64,000 nucleotides of DNA from Prochlorococcus sp. AG-679-M23. Its GTDB lineage: Bacteria > Cyanobacteriota > Cyanobacteriia > PCC-6307 > Cyanobiaceae. The position numbers were made by a program, and so were the translations under genes. This document shows, piece after piece, positions 63,735-64,000 of the stretch. The first letter of the stretch is position 1. Each line of letters begins with the position of its first letter. The DNA lies in assembly GCA_003208875.1 (NCBI GenBank), contig QCUR01000003.1:64001-128000 (forward strand), given 5' to 3'. The notes under the pieces were generated by a model that worked only from the letters and a program-made list of their open reading frames with translations, searched no databases and was not told where the DNA came from.

Positions 63735-63915
63735 ATGGCTAATCCAGACTAAAGACTATACTAATTGAGGAAACATCAAAAGATCTCATAAAAATCTGCA
63801 AAAGATTTCAAGCTGATTCATGCTCATCAGATTCTGAAGTTAAAACTCTCTTAATAGAAATAGTTAGATTATGGTAAACCGAAGAAAAAAAAATACATTC
63901 GGTTTCAGATTTTAA
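63735..63915 (+). pseudogene. Probable pseudogene of a small conserved protein
   Basis: MANPD* then a shifted frame reads TILIEETSKDLIKICKRFQADSCSSDSEVKTLLIEIVRLW*; family resemblance is from memory only. Confidence 0.4.
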
Positions 63916-64000
63916 CCATGTCATACCAATTAAATTCTTAAATAAATAATTACACTATTTTTAAACTTTTATATTGGATCCATATTTAATTTTTACTAGA

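Overview
AT-rich cyanobacterial DNA, most consistent with a high-light Prochlorococcus (gene order, hli and som porin genes; inferred, not database-checked). Bases 1-43.9 kb are core genome: tRNA-Glu, sasA, prs, malQ, clpC, lysA-cdaA-uppS-bioB, lipA, recR, psbP, a DEAD-box helicase, recC/recB/recD, ycf54, pdxJ, bolA-grxD, crtH, trmFO and psbY. One decarboxylase in this part is frameshifted. From tRNA-Lys (43.9 kb) onward the window is a variable island. It holds two porin genes sharing a ~968-bp near-identical repeat that flanks a TPR-sulfotransferase, four sulfotransferases in total, a TPR-glycosyltransferase, hli genes and several microproteins missing from the ORF track. The most striking structure follows tRNA-Pro(UGG) at 53.5 kb: four decayed copies of the tRNA 3' half split the DNA into small (0.85-1.3 kb) cargo cassettes with no integrase. 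Three cassettes carry their own short motif at both ends, tandem with an 11-12 bp period at the left end, as expected for tyrosine-integrase arm sites. This reads as a polar, integron-like array of minimal tycheposon-type cassettes that could be mobilised in trans. Coordinates and mismatch counts were read by eye.
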